A stretch of 57,794 bases of DNA, taken from positions 1 to 57,794 of the forward strand of contig JALXBP010000073.1 in the NCBI GenBank assembly GCA_026991395.1, written 5' to 3'. The notes beneath the pieces are model-generated. The model did no database searches. It had not been told where the DNA came from and was given only the letters and a program-made list of their open reading frames with translations. Position 1 is the stretch's first letter, and each line of letters opens with the position of its first letter. This DNA is from Anaerolineae bacterium. GTDB lineage: Bacteria > Chloroflexota > Anaerolineae > B4-G1 > SLSP01. This document shows positions 10,767 to 20,700 of this stretch, in pieces. Made by a program: the position numbers and the translations under genes.

Positions 10767-10988
10767 ATGCGCAAGGTATTGGCATTTGTCGCAGGGCTTT
10801 CGGTCGGCCTCGTCACGGGCGGTACGCTGATGGTGCTCTTCGCGCCGGAAGAGGGTGCGGCGTTGCGTGCCCGTCTGCGTGCGGAGCTCGATCGTTTGAT
10901 CGCGGAGGGCAAGGCGGCTGCGGAGGCGCGTCGGGCCGAATTGCAGGCCCAGTTGGAGGCTTTGAAGCAAGGGCAGGTCGCAGCCTGA
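10767..10988 (+). CDS. YtxH-domain small protein
   Basis: FVAGLSVGLVTGG..VLFAPEEGAALR pattern; AAGGAGG RBS before ATG 10767. Confidence 0.85.
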   Translation: MRKVLAFVAGLSVGLVTGGTLMVLFAPEEGAALRARLRAELDRLIAEGKAAAEARRAELQAQLEALKQGQVAA

Positions 10989-11000
10989 GAAAGTCTCGCG

Positions 11001-11036
11001 GGCGGCGGTGGGGAGTTCCTCACCGCCGCCTCTTTT
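11001..11036 (+). terminator. Terminator between convergent genes
   Basis: GGCGGCGGTG..CACCGCCGCC stem followed by TCTTTT. Confidence 0.7.
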
Positions 11037-11769
11037 ACTTCGAGCAGGCCGCCTCGACGAAGGCGGCGAAGAGGCGATACATCAGGGGATAGCGGGGCAC
11101 CATCGCCTCGGGGTGCCATTGCACGCTGAGGCAGAAGGTGTGCCCCGCGGCCCACGTGGCCTCGATGACGCCATCGGGGGCAGTGGCGATGACCTGCATT
11201 CCTGTGCCTGGGCGGCGTACCGCCTGGTGATGAGCGCTGTTGACCATCACGGTTGTCGTGCCCAAGATGGAGGCCAGGGGGCTCTCGGCATCGATGGTCA
11301 CGGGGTGGACGGGCTCTTTGATCGTGTGCGTGGGGAAAGCGGCGTGGTCGAGTGCGCCTTCGTATTCGCTCGCCAGGTCCTGGTAGAGCGTGCCCCCGCA
11401 GGCGACGTTGAGGAGTTGGTGGCCGCGGCAGATGCCCAGCATCGGGATGTCGCTCGCCATCGCTGCGGCGACGAGGGCCAGTTCCGAGGCGTCGCGCCGC
11501 TCGTCCGTCCCGCCGAGGTGGAGGGAGGGGGAGGCGTTGTACCGTCGCGGCGCGATGTCCTCCCCGCCCGAAAAGAGGACGCCGTCGAGATGGGCGATGA
11601 GAGCCTTTGCCTCGTCCTCGGTCATCACCGGCGGGATGATGAGGGGGATGCCGCCGCTGTGGAGAATCGCTTCCACATAGGTCTGACCGACGGAGTACAT
11701 CGGGTAATTGTGCAACCGGGCGGAGTTGTCCTTCCGCCCGGTGATGCCGATGATCGGCGTGCAGCCCAT
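11035..11769 (-). CDS. Peptidase C26 / gamma-glutamyl-GABA hydrolase family glutamine amidotransferase
   Basis: FSGGEDI, LGICRGHQLLNV, VNSAHHQAV, VQWHPE. Confidence 0.93.
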   Translation of the reverse strand: MGCTPIIGITGRKDNSARLHNYPMYSVGQTYVEAILHSGGIPLIIPPVMTEDEAKALIAHLDGVLFSGGEDIAPRRYNASPSLHLGGTDERRDASELALVAAAMASDIPMLGICRGHQLLNVACGGTLYQDLASEYEGALDHAAFPTHTIKEPVHPVTIDAESPLASILGTTTVMVNSAHHQAVRRPGTGMQVIATAPDGVIEATWAAGHTFCLSVQWHPEAMVPRYPLMYRLFAAFVEAACSK

Positions 11770-11771
11770 CG

Positions 11772-12122
11772 TTACTTGCGCAGCTCCTTGAGCCGAGCCG
11801 CCTTGCCGCGGCGCTCTCGCAGGAAATAGAGCTGGGCGCGGCGCACCTTGGCGCGGCGGACGATCTCGACCTTCTCGATGCGCGGCGAATGGAGCAGGAA
11901 GGTGCGCTCGACGCCGATGCCATGGGCGGCGATGCGGCGCACGGTAAAGTTGGCATTGACGCCACCCTTGCGCAGGCGGATGATGGTCCCCTGGAAGACC
12001 TGCACGCGCTCCCGTGTCCCTTCGACGATGCGGACATGGACTTTGACGGTATCCCCGGGCCGCAGCGCGGGAATGTTCGGATTGGGTTCCAACTGGCGTT
12101 CTAAGGATTCAACCAGATTCAT
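11772..12122 (-). CDS. rplS: 50S ribosomal protein L19
   Basis: [60 protein letters not shown]. Confidence 0.98.
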   Translation of the reverse strand: MNLVESLERQLEPNPNIPALRPGDTVKVHVRIVEGTRERVQVFQGTIIRLRKGGVNANFTVRRIAAHGIGVERTFLLHSPRIEKVEIVRRAKVRRAQLYFLRERRGKAARLKELRK

Positions 12123-12165
12123 CGTTCTTTCTCCCCAGAGATTTAGCCGCATTCAGCAAGGGCAA

Positions 12166-12193
12166 ATTATACCACAAGGGCGCACAATGGCAA
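12166..12193 (-). promoter_or_regulatory. Sigma70-type promoter of rplS
   Basis: TTGCCA-16-TATAAT on the minus strand with TGG immediately upstream of the -10. Confidence 0.65.
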
Positions 12194-12212
12194 CGGGGTG
12201 GAAGGAGAGGAA

Positions 12213-12240
12213 TTTGCCCGTTGTGGGATGTGTCTATAAT
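12213..12240 (+). promoter_or_regulatory. Sigma70-type promoter, divergent from rplS
   Basis: TTGCCC-16-TATAAT. Confidence 0.5.
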
Positions 12241-12404
12241 GGGCGGGTGTCGCATATCTCTCTTCCGCTCAACCTCGGCTCTACTGCCCGGCCTTTGGCA
12301 GTAGATGAGCGGTGCGGAGTTGCAAATTTGGGCTACACAGTGGTAGCGGAGGGGGGCGAGTTCCCCTATCTTGGCCCACAGGCTAACGGTTAGGAGGTAA
12401 CACG

Positions 12405-13295
12405 TTGATGGAGGGACAGACCTTCACATTGCCGGATGGCCGTCGTTTGGGATACACCGAATTGGGAGACCCAGACGGCTTTCCCTTGTTCATTTTCCAC
12501 GGTACCCCCGGCTCTCGTTTGGCGCATGGGCCGGATGAGCCTGTTGCCCGGATACCGGGCTTGAGGATTATCATGACCGATCGCCCCGGCTATGGCCTCT
12601 CTGATCCGCAGCCCAAACGCACGCTCCTCGACTGGCCGGACGACGTGGCGGCTTTGGCCGATCACCTTGACTTCCGCCGCTTTGCCGTGGCCGGCGGTTC
12701 GGGGGGAGGTCCTCATGCAGCGGCGTGTGCGTACAAGTTGCCGGATCGAGTATCGGTTGCTATCTTATTCAGCAGCCCCGCCCCGGCAAACTTCGCCGGT
12801 GCAGCGAAGGGGCTATCTATGGGTAACTTGGTGAGTGTCGTGGTGAGCAAGTATGCGCCCTGGCTGAGGCGGATGCTGATGAACCGCTACAGAAAGATTT
12901 TCCTGAAGAATCCAGAGGGGTATATCGACGCCATAGCTGCGCAGATGAGTGCTTGCGACCGGCAGATCATGCAGCAGCCCGAAATACGGGAACGCATTAA
13001 AGCAGATCTACGGGAAGCCTACAGGCAGGGGGTAGAAGGCCATATCCGGGACAGCCAGTTAGTGATGACGAGCAGAGGGTGGGGATTCGATTTGAGCCAG
13101 ATTACCGTTCCTGTACATGTGTGGTACGGCGAGCAGGACAGGCTGGTTACCAAAGCTATGGCTCAATACCTGGTGAGAACTATCCCGACGGCTCGGCCCC
13201 ATTTCTTGCCCGAGAAAGGGCACTTGCTGTTGAGCGACCCGGAAATCGTGCCGGAGATGATGAAACCGGTGTTGCAAAGCCGATTGGGGGACTAA
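12405..13295 (+). CDS. Alpha/beta hydrolase
   Basis: LPDGRRLGY, FHGTPGSR, DRPGYGLS, nucleophile GGSGGG, GEQDRLV, KGHL; AGGAGG RBS. Confidence 0.92.
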   Translation: MMEGQTFTLPDGRRLGYTELGDPDGFPLFIFHGTPGSRLAHGPDEPVARIPGLRIIMTDRPGYGLSDPQPKRTLLDWPDDVAALADHLDFRRFAVAGGSGGGPHAAACAYKLPDRVSVAILFSSPAPANFAGAAKGLSMGNLVSVVVSKYAPWLRRMLMNRYRKIFLKNPEGYIDAIAAQMSACDRQIMQQPEIRERIKADLREAYRQGVEGHIRDSQLVMTSRGWGFDLSQITVPVHVWYGEQDRLVTKAMAQYLVRTIPTARPHFLPEKGHLLLSDPEIVPEMMKPVLQSRLGD

Positions 13296-13318
13296 TCCGC
13301 GTGTAGCATGAAAGGACA

Positions 13319-13479
13319 ATGAATCGCAGCGAAGAGCACACCCGCTGCGACTGATCAACCTGAAGCTGCGCACCCGCGGCTGGACGGAAGAGCTGATCCG
13401 CGTCGAATTGTGGGCACCTCACGAAGCGGCGAATCGGCTCGCGGGACCTCAAGGGGAGCAGCCATCCGCGCCGTTCTGA
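13319..13479 (+). pseudogene. Frameshifted 5' remnant resembling a type I restriction subunit (HsdR, EcoEI-like) N-terminus
   Basis: AAAGGA RBS plus ATG 13319 gives MNRSEEHTR; a -1 shift continues RLINLKLRTRGWTEELIRVE, similar to the recalled E.DTR.KLIDP.L...GW.E..I.RE start of HsdR. Confidence 0.5.
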
Positions 13480-13634
13480 AAAGGATCGCCCCAGAAGACC
13501 CTCTTCTGCATCGGTACGCAGGCAGTGGCCTTGCCGCGGCCTCCTTCCTGACACTGCTTTTTCCCCATTGATGCTGGAGGTATTGTCCAGACCGATCGCC
13601 TTGCTTGCTTTCCTTCTCATGACTGTCGGCCATC

Positions 13635-13729
13635 CCCGGTCATATATCCCGCCTCGCAAATTGCCCCCAAGGTATAGGTCGATTGGCAGATGACAGAGGC
13701 CCTCTTTCGGTGCTAAGGTGACATCAGGA
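13635..13729 (+). repeat. Copy 1 of a 95-bp duplicated promoter/operator element
   Basis: 78/95 identical, ungapped, to 22336-22430; 30-bp identical core CCAAGGTATAGGTCGATTGGCAGATGACAG. Confidence 0.9.
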
Positions 13730-13885
13730 GGCGTGAAGGGGTTCCTTTGTAACTGTTCGCGGCGGGCGGTGCGGAGCTTGACGCGCCGACACGCGAGGCC
13801 CACTCCCTTGTGCCTGACTTCGAGCCGAGCAGTTACCCGGTTTTCGGGTTCACGTCGTTACTTCTTTAGGGAAGGAGGACAAGCC

Positions 13886-16429
13886 ATGAAACTCAAGCGG
13901 TTACTCATGCCTCTTGGCGTAGCGTTGGGGCTAACGATGGCCCTGATGTGGTTTCTGGGTACTGCGCCGGATTTGCATGCCCAGGGTGGCGCGAGGATCA
14001 TCCGCGTCTCTATGAGCGGTATGGATGTTCCCAACTGTGGCGAGGCGAGCATACCATGCCGCACGGTCCAGTACGCCGTGGATCAGGCCGAGGCCGGTGA
14101 CGAAATCCTCATCGCCGCCGGGGTTTACAACGGTGTGCAGGAGCGGACGGCTCCCTCCGGCTATCCCGGCACGGCGGTCGTGACCCAGGTGGTCTACATC
14201 AGCAAAACGCTGACGATGCGCGGCGGCTACACCACCTCTGACTGGAGCAACCCCGATCCGCAGGCTAACCCTACCGTCATCGACGCGCAAGGGCAGGGAC
14301 GGGGGCTTTTCATCGGCGGGGACATTACCGTTACCGTCGAGGGGCTGTCCATCATCGATGGGGACGCGACCGGCCTCGGCGGCGGCTACTCGAACGGCGA
14401 TGCTGGCGGCGGGGTCTACATCTACCGGAGCACGGCCATCATCAGCGCCACCACGATCTACAGCAACGTGGCCCAGAGCGGAGGGACAAGCCAGACGGGC
14501 CACGGTGGCGGACTGTACGCCCATACCGCCCACGTTACCTTGCTCCGCAACCAGATCGTCTCCAACACGGCCTCGGCCACCGGCGCCGGATATGGCGGAG
14601 GGGCCGGGTTCTACGGCTACAACGGCGGAGCGGCCACCTTGATCAGCAACACCGTGCTGGGCAACCGGAGCAGCCTGGGCGTTGCTGCTTACCGGTACGG
14701 CTACGGCGGCGGTCTCTCCTTCCGCTCGATGGAGCAGGGAGCCGTCTTGCTGGAACGCAACTTCATCCAGAGCAACACAGCGATGCTCGGCAATGAGAGC
14801 GGATACGGGGGCGGGCTATACTTCTCGGAGGTTTTCTCGGGTGCGTTGATCAGCAACACGATTCGGGAGAATATCGCCAGCCGCTCGACCGCCGGTACTT
14901 TCAAGGGCGGTTACGGCGGCGGAATTTGGGTACAGAATAGCCCGCTCACGCTGATGCACAACACCATCCTCGGCAACACGGGGTGTATGGGTTGTTCCGG
15001 TTCCGGTGGAGGGATGTGGGTCGATGCAAATATCGGCTTGAGCGACAACACGATCGGCGGGAACATTGCCAGTCTGACATCGAGGGGCAAGGGCGGCGGG
15101 CTATACTTCTCGCGAGGGGCCGACGTGGTGCAGGGCAACGTCATCACCGGGAATACCGCTAGCCGTGATAACTTAGGTTACGGCGGAGGCGTCTACTTTG
15201 CCCAGTGGTCTGCGACCTTCGGCGGCAACACCGTGGCCGACAACATCGCCAGTTGGAACAACGAGGGCTGGGGCGGCGGGCTGTATGTGGGTGGAACCAC
15301 AGGTGGCCAGCCTGCGCTGGCGGGCAACCAGGTGTTCAGCAACACGGCAAGCGTGGCTTCCACCGGGCACGGCGGCGGGCTTTTTCTGCTCAACAGCTAC
15401 CTTTCGCTGATGACCAACACGATCGCCTTCAACGTCGCAGGCGGGGGCGAGGGCGACGGCGGCGGGGTGCATGCCGAGGTGAGTGATCTCGTCTTTTCCG
15501 CCAACCGCATCTACAGCAACACGGCCACGTCGAGCGATGCCGCCACCGGTCTGGGCGGTGGACTTTACGGCGATCGGGGCAGCATCGCGCTGGTCAACAA
15601 CCTCGTCGCCGACAACCACGCCACCACCGCCGGGAGCGGCTTGTACTTCGTGGGCCGATCCTCCACTCCCTTCTCCGGCCACCTCGCCCACAATACCATC
15701 GCCGACAATCACAGCAGCGGAGAGGGGGTCTACGCGGGCGACTACGCCACGCTGCTCTTCACCAACACCATCATCGCCGGTCACGCTACGGCGGGCGTGA
15801 CCACCACTGCCGGGGCGGTCGTCACGATGACGGCGACCCTCTGGCACGGCAACGGCAGCGATGTGGCCGGGCCGGGCAGCTTCTACACCGCCACGAATCT
15901 CTACGGCGACCCGGCCTTCGCCGACCCGTCGGCCCTGGACTATCACCTCCGCGCCGGTTCACCGGCGATGGACGCCGGGGTGGATGCGGGCGTGACGACA
16001 GATTTCGAGGGCGATCCCCGCCCGGCAGGGAGCGGCTACGATCTGGGAGCGGATGAGTACTACATCATCGGCGTCCAACTCGCCCCCGATCACCACGGCG
16101 TGGGCAGCCCGGTTCGGGCCACCATCTACACCCACACGCTGACCAACACCGGCAACTACACCGACACCTTCGCCGTAACGTGGCAGGCTCCACCCGGCTG
16201 GACGGTGCAGGTCGTCCCGAACCCCGTTACGTTAGGGGGCGGGGCCACGCGGACGCTTTCGGCCACGATCACGCCGCCGAGCGATGCCGTCAGCGGCACG
16301 GTGGGGAGCGTCGTCATCACCGCCACCTCACAGGCCGATGTGAGCGTCGCCGCCACGGTAACCGATACGACCTTGCTGCGAGTATGGCACATCTACATCC
16401 CGATGACGCTGGCCGACTACGGGCCATAG
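13886..16429 (+). CDS. Secreted right-handed beta-helix protein (GGG-repeat, choice-of-anchor-Q-like) with Ig-like C-terminus and YxP tail
   Basis: Signal peptide MKLKRLLMPLGV.., PCRTVQYAVDQA, repeated GGG(L/V)Y..NT motifs, DYHLRAGSPAMDAG..DLGADE, ends HIYIPMTLADYGP; AAGGAGGA RBS. Confidence 0.88.
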   Translation: MKLKRLLMPLGVALGLTMALMWFLGTAPDLHAQGGARIIRVSMSGMDVPNCGEASIPCRTVQYAVDQAEAGDEILIAAGVYNGVQERTAPSGYPGTAVVTQVVYISKTLTMRGGYTTSDWSNPDPQANPTVIDAQGQGRGLFIGGDITVTVEGLSIIDGDATGLGGGYSNGDAGGGVYIYRSTAIISATTIYSNVAQSGGTSQTGHGGGLYAHTAHVTLLRNQIVSNTASATGAGYGGGAGFYGYNGGAATLISNTVLGNRSSLGVAAYRYGYGGGLSFRSMEQGAVLLERNFIQSNTAMLGNESGYGGGLYFSEVFSGALISNTIRENIASRSTAGTFKGGYGGGIWVQNSPLTLMHNTILGNTGCMGCSGSGGGMWVDANIGLSDNTIGGNIASLTSRGKGGGLYFSRGADVVQGNVITGNTASRDNLGYGGGVYFAQWSATFGGNTVADNIASWNNEGWGGGLYVGGTTGGQPALAGNQVFSNTASVASTGHGGGLFLLNSYLSLMTNTIAFNVAGGGEGDGGGVHAEVSDLVFSANRIYSNTATSSDAATGLGGGLYGDRGSIALVNNLVADNHATTAGSGLYFVGRSSTPFSGHLAHNTIADNHSSGEGVYAGDYATLLFTNTIIAGHATAGVTTTAGAVVTMTATLWHGNGSDVAGPGSFYTATNLYGDPAFADPSALDYHLRAGSPAMDAGVDAGVTTDFEGDPRPAGSGYDLGADEYYIIGVQLAPDHHGVGSPVRATIYTHTLTNTGNYTDTFAVTWQAPPGWTVQVVPNPVTLGGGATRTLSATITPPSDAVSGTVGSVVITATSQADVSVAATVTDTTLLRVWHIYIPMTLADYGP

Positions 16430-16506
16430 GCAGAGACAAGCGCACGGCCGTCTTCCGTCCCTCCGCAGGTTCCTGACCTGCGGGACAAAGAAAGGAGAAC
16501 GACACG

Positions 16507-17490
16507 ATGATCAAGAGAATCCTGTTTCTGACGATGTTGCTCGCCATCCTCGCAAGCGGGTGCAAATCCGAAGCCTCTGCCCCTGCGACCGAGACCGCCC
16601 CCGCCGTCCCCACCAGCACCCCCGTCCCGACGGCGACGCCTCTCCCGCCGACGCCGATCCCGACGGCAACGCCTATCCCGTCCACACCGACGCCCGAACC
16701 GCCGCAGGAATCCGGCCTGGAGGCCAATCCCCAACGGGTGGAGTTCCAGGCCCAGGACGGCACGCAGTTGGTAGGGTACTACTACCCCTCCCGCTTCGCC
16801 GACGCCCCCATCATCGTGCTGGCGCACTGGGCAGGCGGCAATCAGCGGGACTGGGTGGAGATTGCTCTCTGGCTCCAGAACCGCCGGGATGAGGTTACCG
16901 ACTATCCCCGTCCAGGCGAGAACAACATCCCCGGCCCCTGGCTCGATCCCTCCTGGTTCCCCCCGATGCCCGCTAATCTCTCGTTTGCCGTCTTCACCTT
17001 CGACTTCCGAGGGTACGGCGAGAGCGCATCAGGAGCGATGGAGGGCCTGTCGCAGGATGCCCAAGCCGCCTTCGAAACAGCAGCCGGAATGGAGGGAGTC
17101 GATCCGCAGCGGATGGTGGGGATCGGGGCGAGCATCGGCGCCGACGGCGCGCCCGACGGCTGTCTGCTCTACAATCAGGCGCGGGGCGGCGGTTGTTTGG
17201 GGGCGATGGCCCTTTCGCCGGGCAATTACCTGGGGATGGACTTTGCCCCGGTGGTGGAGCAACTGGAGGCCCTCGACCCGCAGGGCGAGGTCTGGTGCCT
17301 GGCGGATAAGGAGGACCCTGCCGCTTACTCGACCTGCGAACCTGTCGAGGGAGACCTCTATCAGTTCTACGCCTTCCAGGATGCCGGGCACGGGATGATG
17401 CTCATCAAACCCGAAGTGGAGCCGCAGCCGCTGGAGCTGATCCAGCAGTTTCTGGGGAAGCTGTTGGGGATTCCCGCCCTGGAATCTTGA
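16507..17490 (+). CDS. Lipoprotein with alpha/beta hydrolase fold
   Basis: Lipobox ASGC, PT linker, FDFRGYGES, GASIG, LSPG, AGHG; AAGGAG RBS. Confidence 0.87.
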   Translation: MIKRILFLTMLLAILASGCKSEASAPATETAPAVPTSTPVPTATPLPPTPIPTATPIPSTPTPEPPQESGLEANPQRVEFQAQDGTQLVGYYYPSRFADAPIIVLAHWAGGNQRDWVEIALWLQNRRDEVTDYPRPGENNIPGPWLDPSWFPPMPANLSFAVFTFDFRGYGESASGAMEGLSQDAQAAFETAAGMEGVDPQRMVGIGASIGADGAPDGCLLYNQARGGGCLGAMALSPGNYLGMDFAPVVEQLEALDPQGEVWCLADKEDPAAYSTCEPVEGDLYQFYAFQDAGHGMMLIKPEVEPQPLELIQQFLGKLLGIPALES

Positions 17491-17561
17491 GAGACAATAG
17501 CGTACGGGAGGTGACGGTCCCCTTCCGCATCTACCTGCCGCTGGTGCTGCGCAACCGGTAG
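17487..17561 (+). pseudogene. Orphan 3' gene end encoding a YLPLVLR tail
   Basis: Reads LRDNSVREVTVPFRIYLPLVLRNR* in the -1 frame relative to the preceding gene; no well-placed RBS/start of its own. Confidence 0.65.
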
Positions 17562-17574
17562 CGCAACAAAACGC

Positions 17575-17606
17575 AGAGGCCCGGCCAGAGCGGTCGGGCC
17601 TCTTTT
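17575..17606 (+). terminator. Rho-independent terminator
   Basis: AGAGGCCCGGCC..GGTCGGGCCTCT followed by TTT. Confidence 0.8.
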
Positions 17607-17775
17607 CGTGGCACATAAACACGACTTCGGCGTCGAAGCGAGAGCCATTTGACAGTTTTTTGACACCCTTCTTCTATCGTTCTGCTTAAGGCGTGTACCC
17701 CCCTGGGTCGTTTCGCCAATCTCCAGTTCGGTTCCCGTGTGGAGGACAGATTTTGCTACAGTAAGGAGGCCAATG

Positions 17776-20700
17776 ATGAAGACGCACATAGGGAAAAGTA
17801 CGTGGCTGCTCGTCTCGGCCGCGTGGGCCGTTATCCTGCTCCTGATCATCCTCGCCGGTTTGAACACCTCGACGCCCACCCTCTCCGCTCCGACGGTAAT
17901 TTACACCCTCTCCGGGCGTGTCTATGTTGGGGAAACAGGTGCGGAGCCGCCGGTCAGTACGCCTCTGAGCGATGTCGTCGTCAGTCTCTATTGTGCCTAC
18001 AATGCCGACGAAGTCGGGCGTTTCGTCCTCAGCACGACGACGGATAGCACGGGCTGGTACGGGTTGGATGCCGACAGCACCACCGGCTGCGGCTGGTTCA
18101 ACATCATCGAGACGGACCCGCCGGGGTATACTTCGAACGGGGCCACGACCGTCAGCGGCTCGGTGCGCAGTGCCAACTGGATCGCGTACGATGCCTCTTC
18201 GCTCGATCAAGCGACGCTGACCGGCAACAAGTTCTGGGACAACCCACCGCCCACGACGATAACCTGTACCTCCTGTGCCGACTGCCAGGCCAAGCTGGAC
18301 GGGACGTACAGGGTGGTCAGCCTGACCAACGACATCAATACTTCCTCCAGTTCCTGCATCGTGTTTGGAGGGGACAATGTTACCTTCGACTGCCAAGGGC
18401 ATGCCATCCGCACCCAAAGTCACGGCGAGTTCTCCTACGGCATTCGGCTGACCAACCGCCAAAGCGATACGGTGCGGAACTGTACGATCTCCGGCTTTCA
18501 CACCGGCATCGATCTCTATGGCACCACCCATTCTCACTTTTTGACCAATACCATCACCGGCACGGTGCAGGGTATCGCCCTGCACAACTCGCTGACCAAC
18601 ACCTTCAGCGGCAATCAGATCACCAATACGACGACCGGCATATGGATCGGGGGCTCGAACGGCAACACTTTGACGCACAACCGGATATGTCATCAGAGCA
18701 GCGGGGACATATACGTATCCGGGATAACGTCCGGCAACGTCAGGATGGCGAACACCTGCGACTCCATCTACAACTGGAACGGGAGCAACAGCGTCAGCCT
18801 CTGTGACTCGGTCTGCACGCCCAACACCTCGACCACCTGCTCCACCGCGTCCGACTGTGAGGGCAAGCTGAACGGCAGTTACGGCACGGTCATTCTCGGA
18901 GCCGATGTGCACGACGCGGATGGGTTGACTATCGGCGGCAACAACCTCACGCTGGACTGCAACTATCACGCCATCCGGGGCAGCGGCCAGCCGAACTCGG
19001 TCGGTATTCTGCTGCGTAATCGAGTCGGCGTCCACATCCGGCGATGCAATATCTACAGCTACACCGTCGGCATCGACCTTGATTCGTCATCACTCAATAC
19101 GATCACGGGCAGCAAGGTGATGAGCAATGCCATCGGGGTACGCATCTTTACGACCACGCTCCCGTCCCAGCAGAACGAGATCAGGGAAAATACCATCCAT
19201 CGTAACTCGCTGTACGGCGTCGAGTTGATCGATGTCAGCAACAATACGATCCAGAGCAACAACTTCGCCGACAACGGTGAATACGCGCTGTGGGTAGACC
19301 ATGCCTGCAGCAACGATGTCGAGAGCAATATGATCGACATCAAGCCACTGCTCTACTGGAGCGACAGCACGATCTCCAGGACGCTCAGCTCCGATCAGTA
19401 CGGCTTGATCTTCTTCTGTAATGTGCGGAACGCCACGATCCGGGGGACGACCGTCGCCAACTCGGCCCACCACAACAATAACGGCGTCCTCATCGTCGAT
19501 TCGGGCAACATCACGATGACCAACAACCTCGTGCGATACAGCAACGGTATCTACGTGCGCGGCTCGGATCACGTCAGGGTGTACACCAATACGGTCGAAC
19601 ACAACAGGCATGCGGGTATCCTCTTCGAGAACTCGCCGGTTGGCGAGATACGCAACAACCGCGTTCAGCACAACAACCTCCTCAGCGACAGCTTCGGTAT
19701 CTCGGTCATCGGCGGCTCGGATTGGACCGTGGTCGTGAGCAACACTCTCACCGACAACAGCCAGGGGATCGGCGTGCAGGACTCGGACGCGGTGGTTCTG
19801 AATCAAAATCTCGCCTACTCGAACCACGGGGACGGGATGGCGATTCGGTACAGCAACGGCGGTCACATCGAAGGGAATACCGTCGTCGCCAATCAGCACG
19901 GTCTCTACATGGACGCGCACACGAGCAACTACTGGCTCCAGGGGAACGAGGTGTGCCGCAACCAGGGCCAGGATATTTTCAACGACGGCACGGACAACAC
20001 CGGCAGCAACAACACCTGCGCCTTTACCTGGTGGTGGCACGACAACGGCGTCTCCTCAGGCTGCAACAGCCGGTGCGTCGGCTGGTACAATCGCGGTTGG
20101 GGCTTTGGCTTCCACAATATCTCTGTGGACGATCTCCCATGGAGACGTTACGAGGAAACCTTCGGCAAGGACGAAGTCGATGTGACGGTCAAGCTCTGTA
20201 TAGGCGTCCCCGTTTGTATCCCCTTCAAATGCTGGTGTTTGGGGAAGAAAGTGGACATAGAGACCCCTGTCCCCGATCCGTTCGCCGCATTATTGTATGC
20301 CTTCTTTTACCAAGACATAGCCGAACCAGGCTCCTGCTTCGGGATGAGTGCCAAATCGCTCCAGTTCTTCTATGGCGACGACAACGTCTCCAATTACGAC
20401 AGTTCGGCGGCCTTCGTCCGTGACCTGCACAGCGATAACGGCAGCCTGGCAACCCGCCGAGAGATACTCCAGGGCAGCCAGATGTCTACCGAGGCGATCG
20501 ACTTCTACATCGCCGAGTTGCTCGCCGGCCATGATTCGGCGAATTACGTCCTCGAAGCAGCGCGGAACGGCTTGGCCGCCGATCACCCCAACTTCGTCAT
20601 CATCAAGAACGGCCTGACCGATGGCCATGCTATGAACTACGATACCGTCGTGGATGTGAATGCCAACACCTCCCGCATCTACGTCTATGACAACAACAAG

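Noticed and set aside
17648-17690. TTTGACA repeated twice upstream of the NosD-repeat gene
   Set aside because: No well-spaced -10 box, so the promoter could not be assigned confidently.
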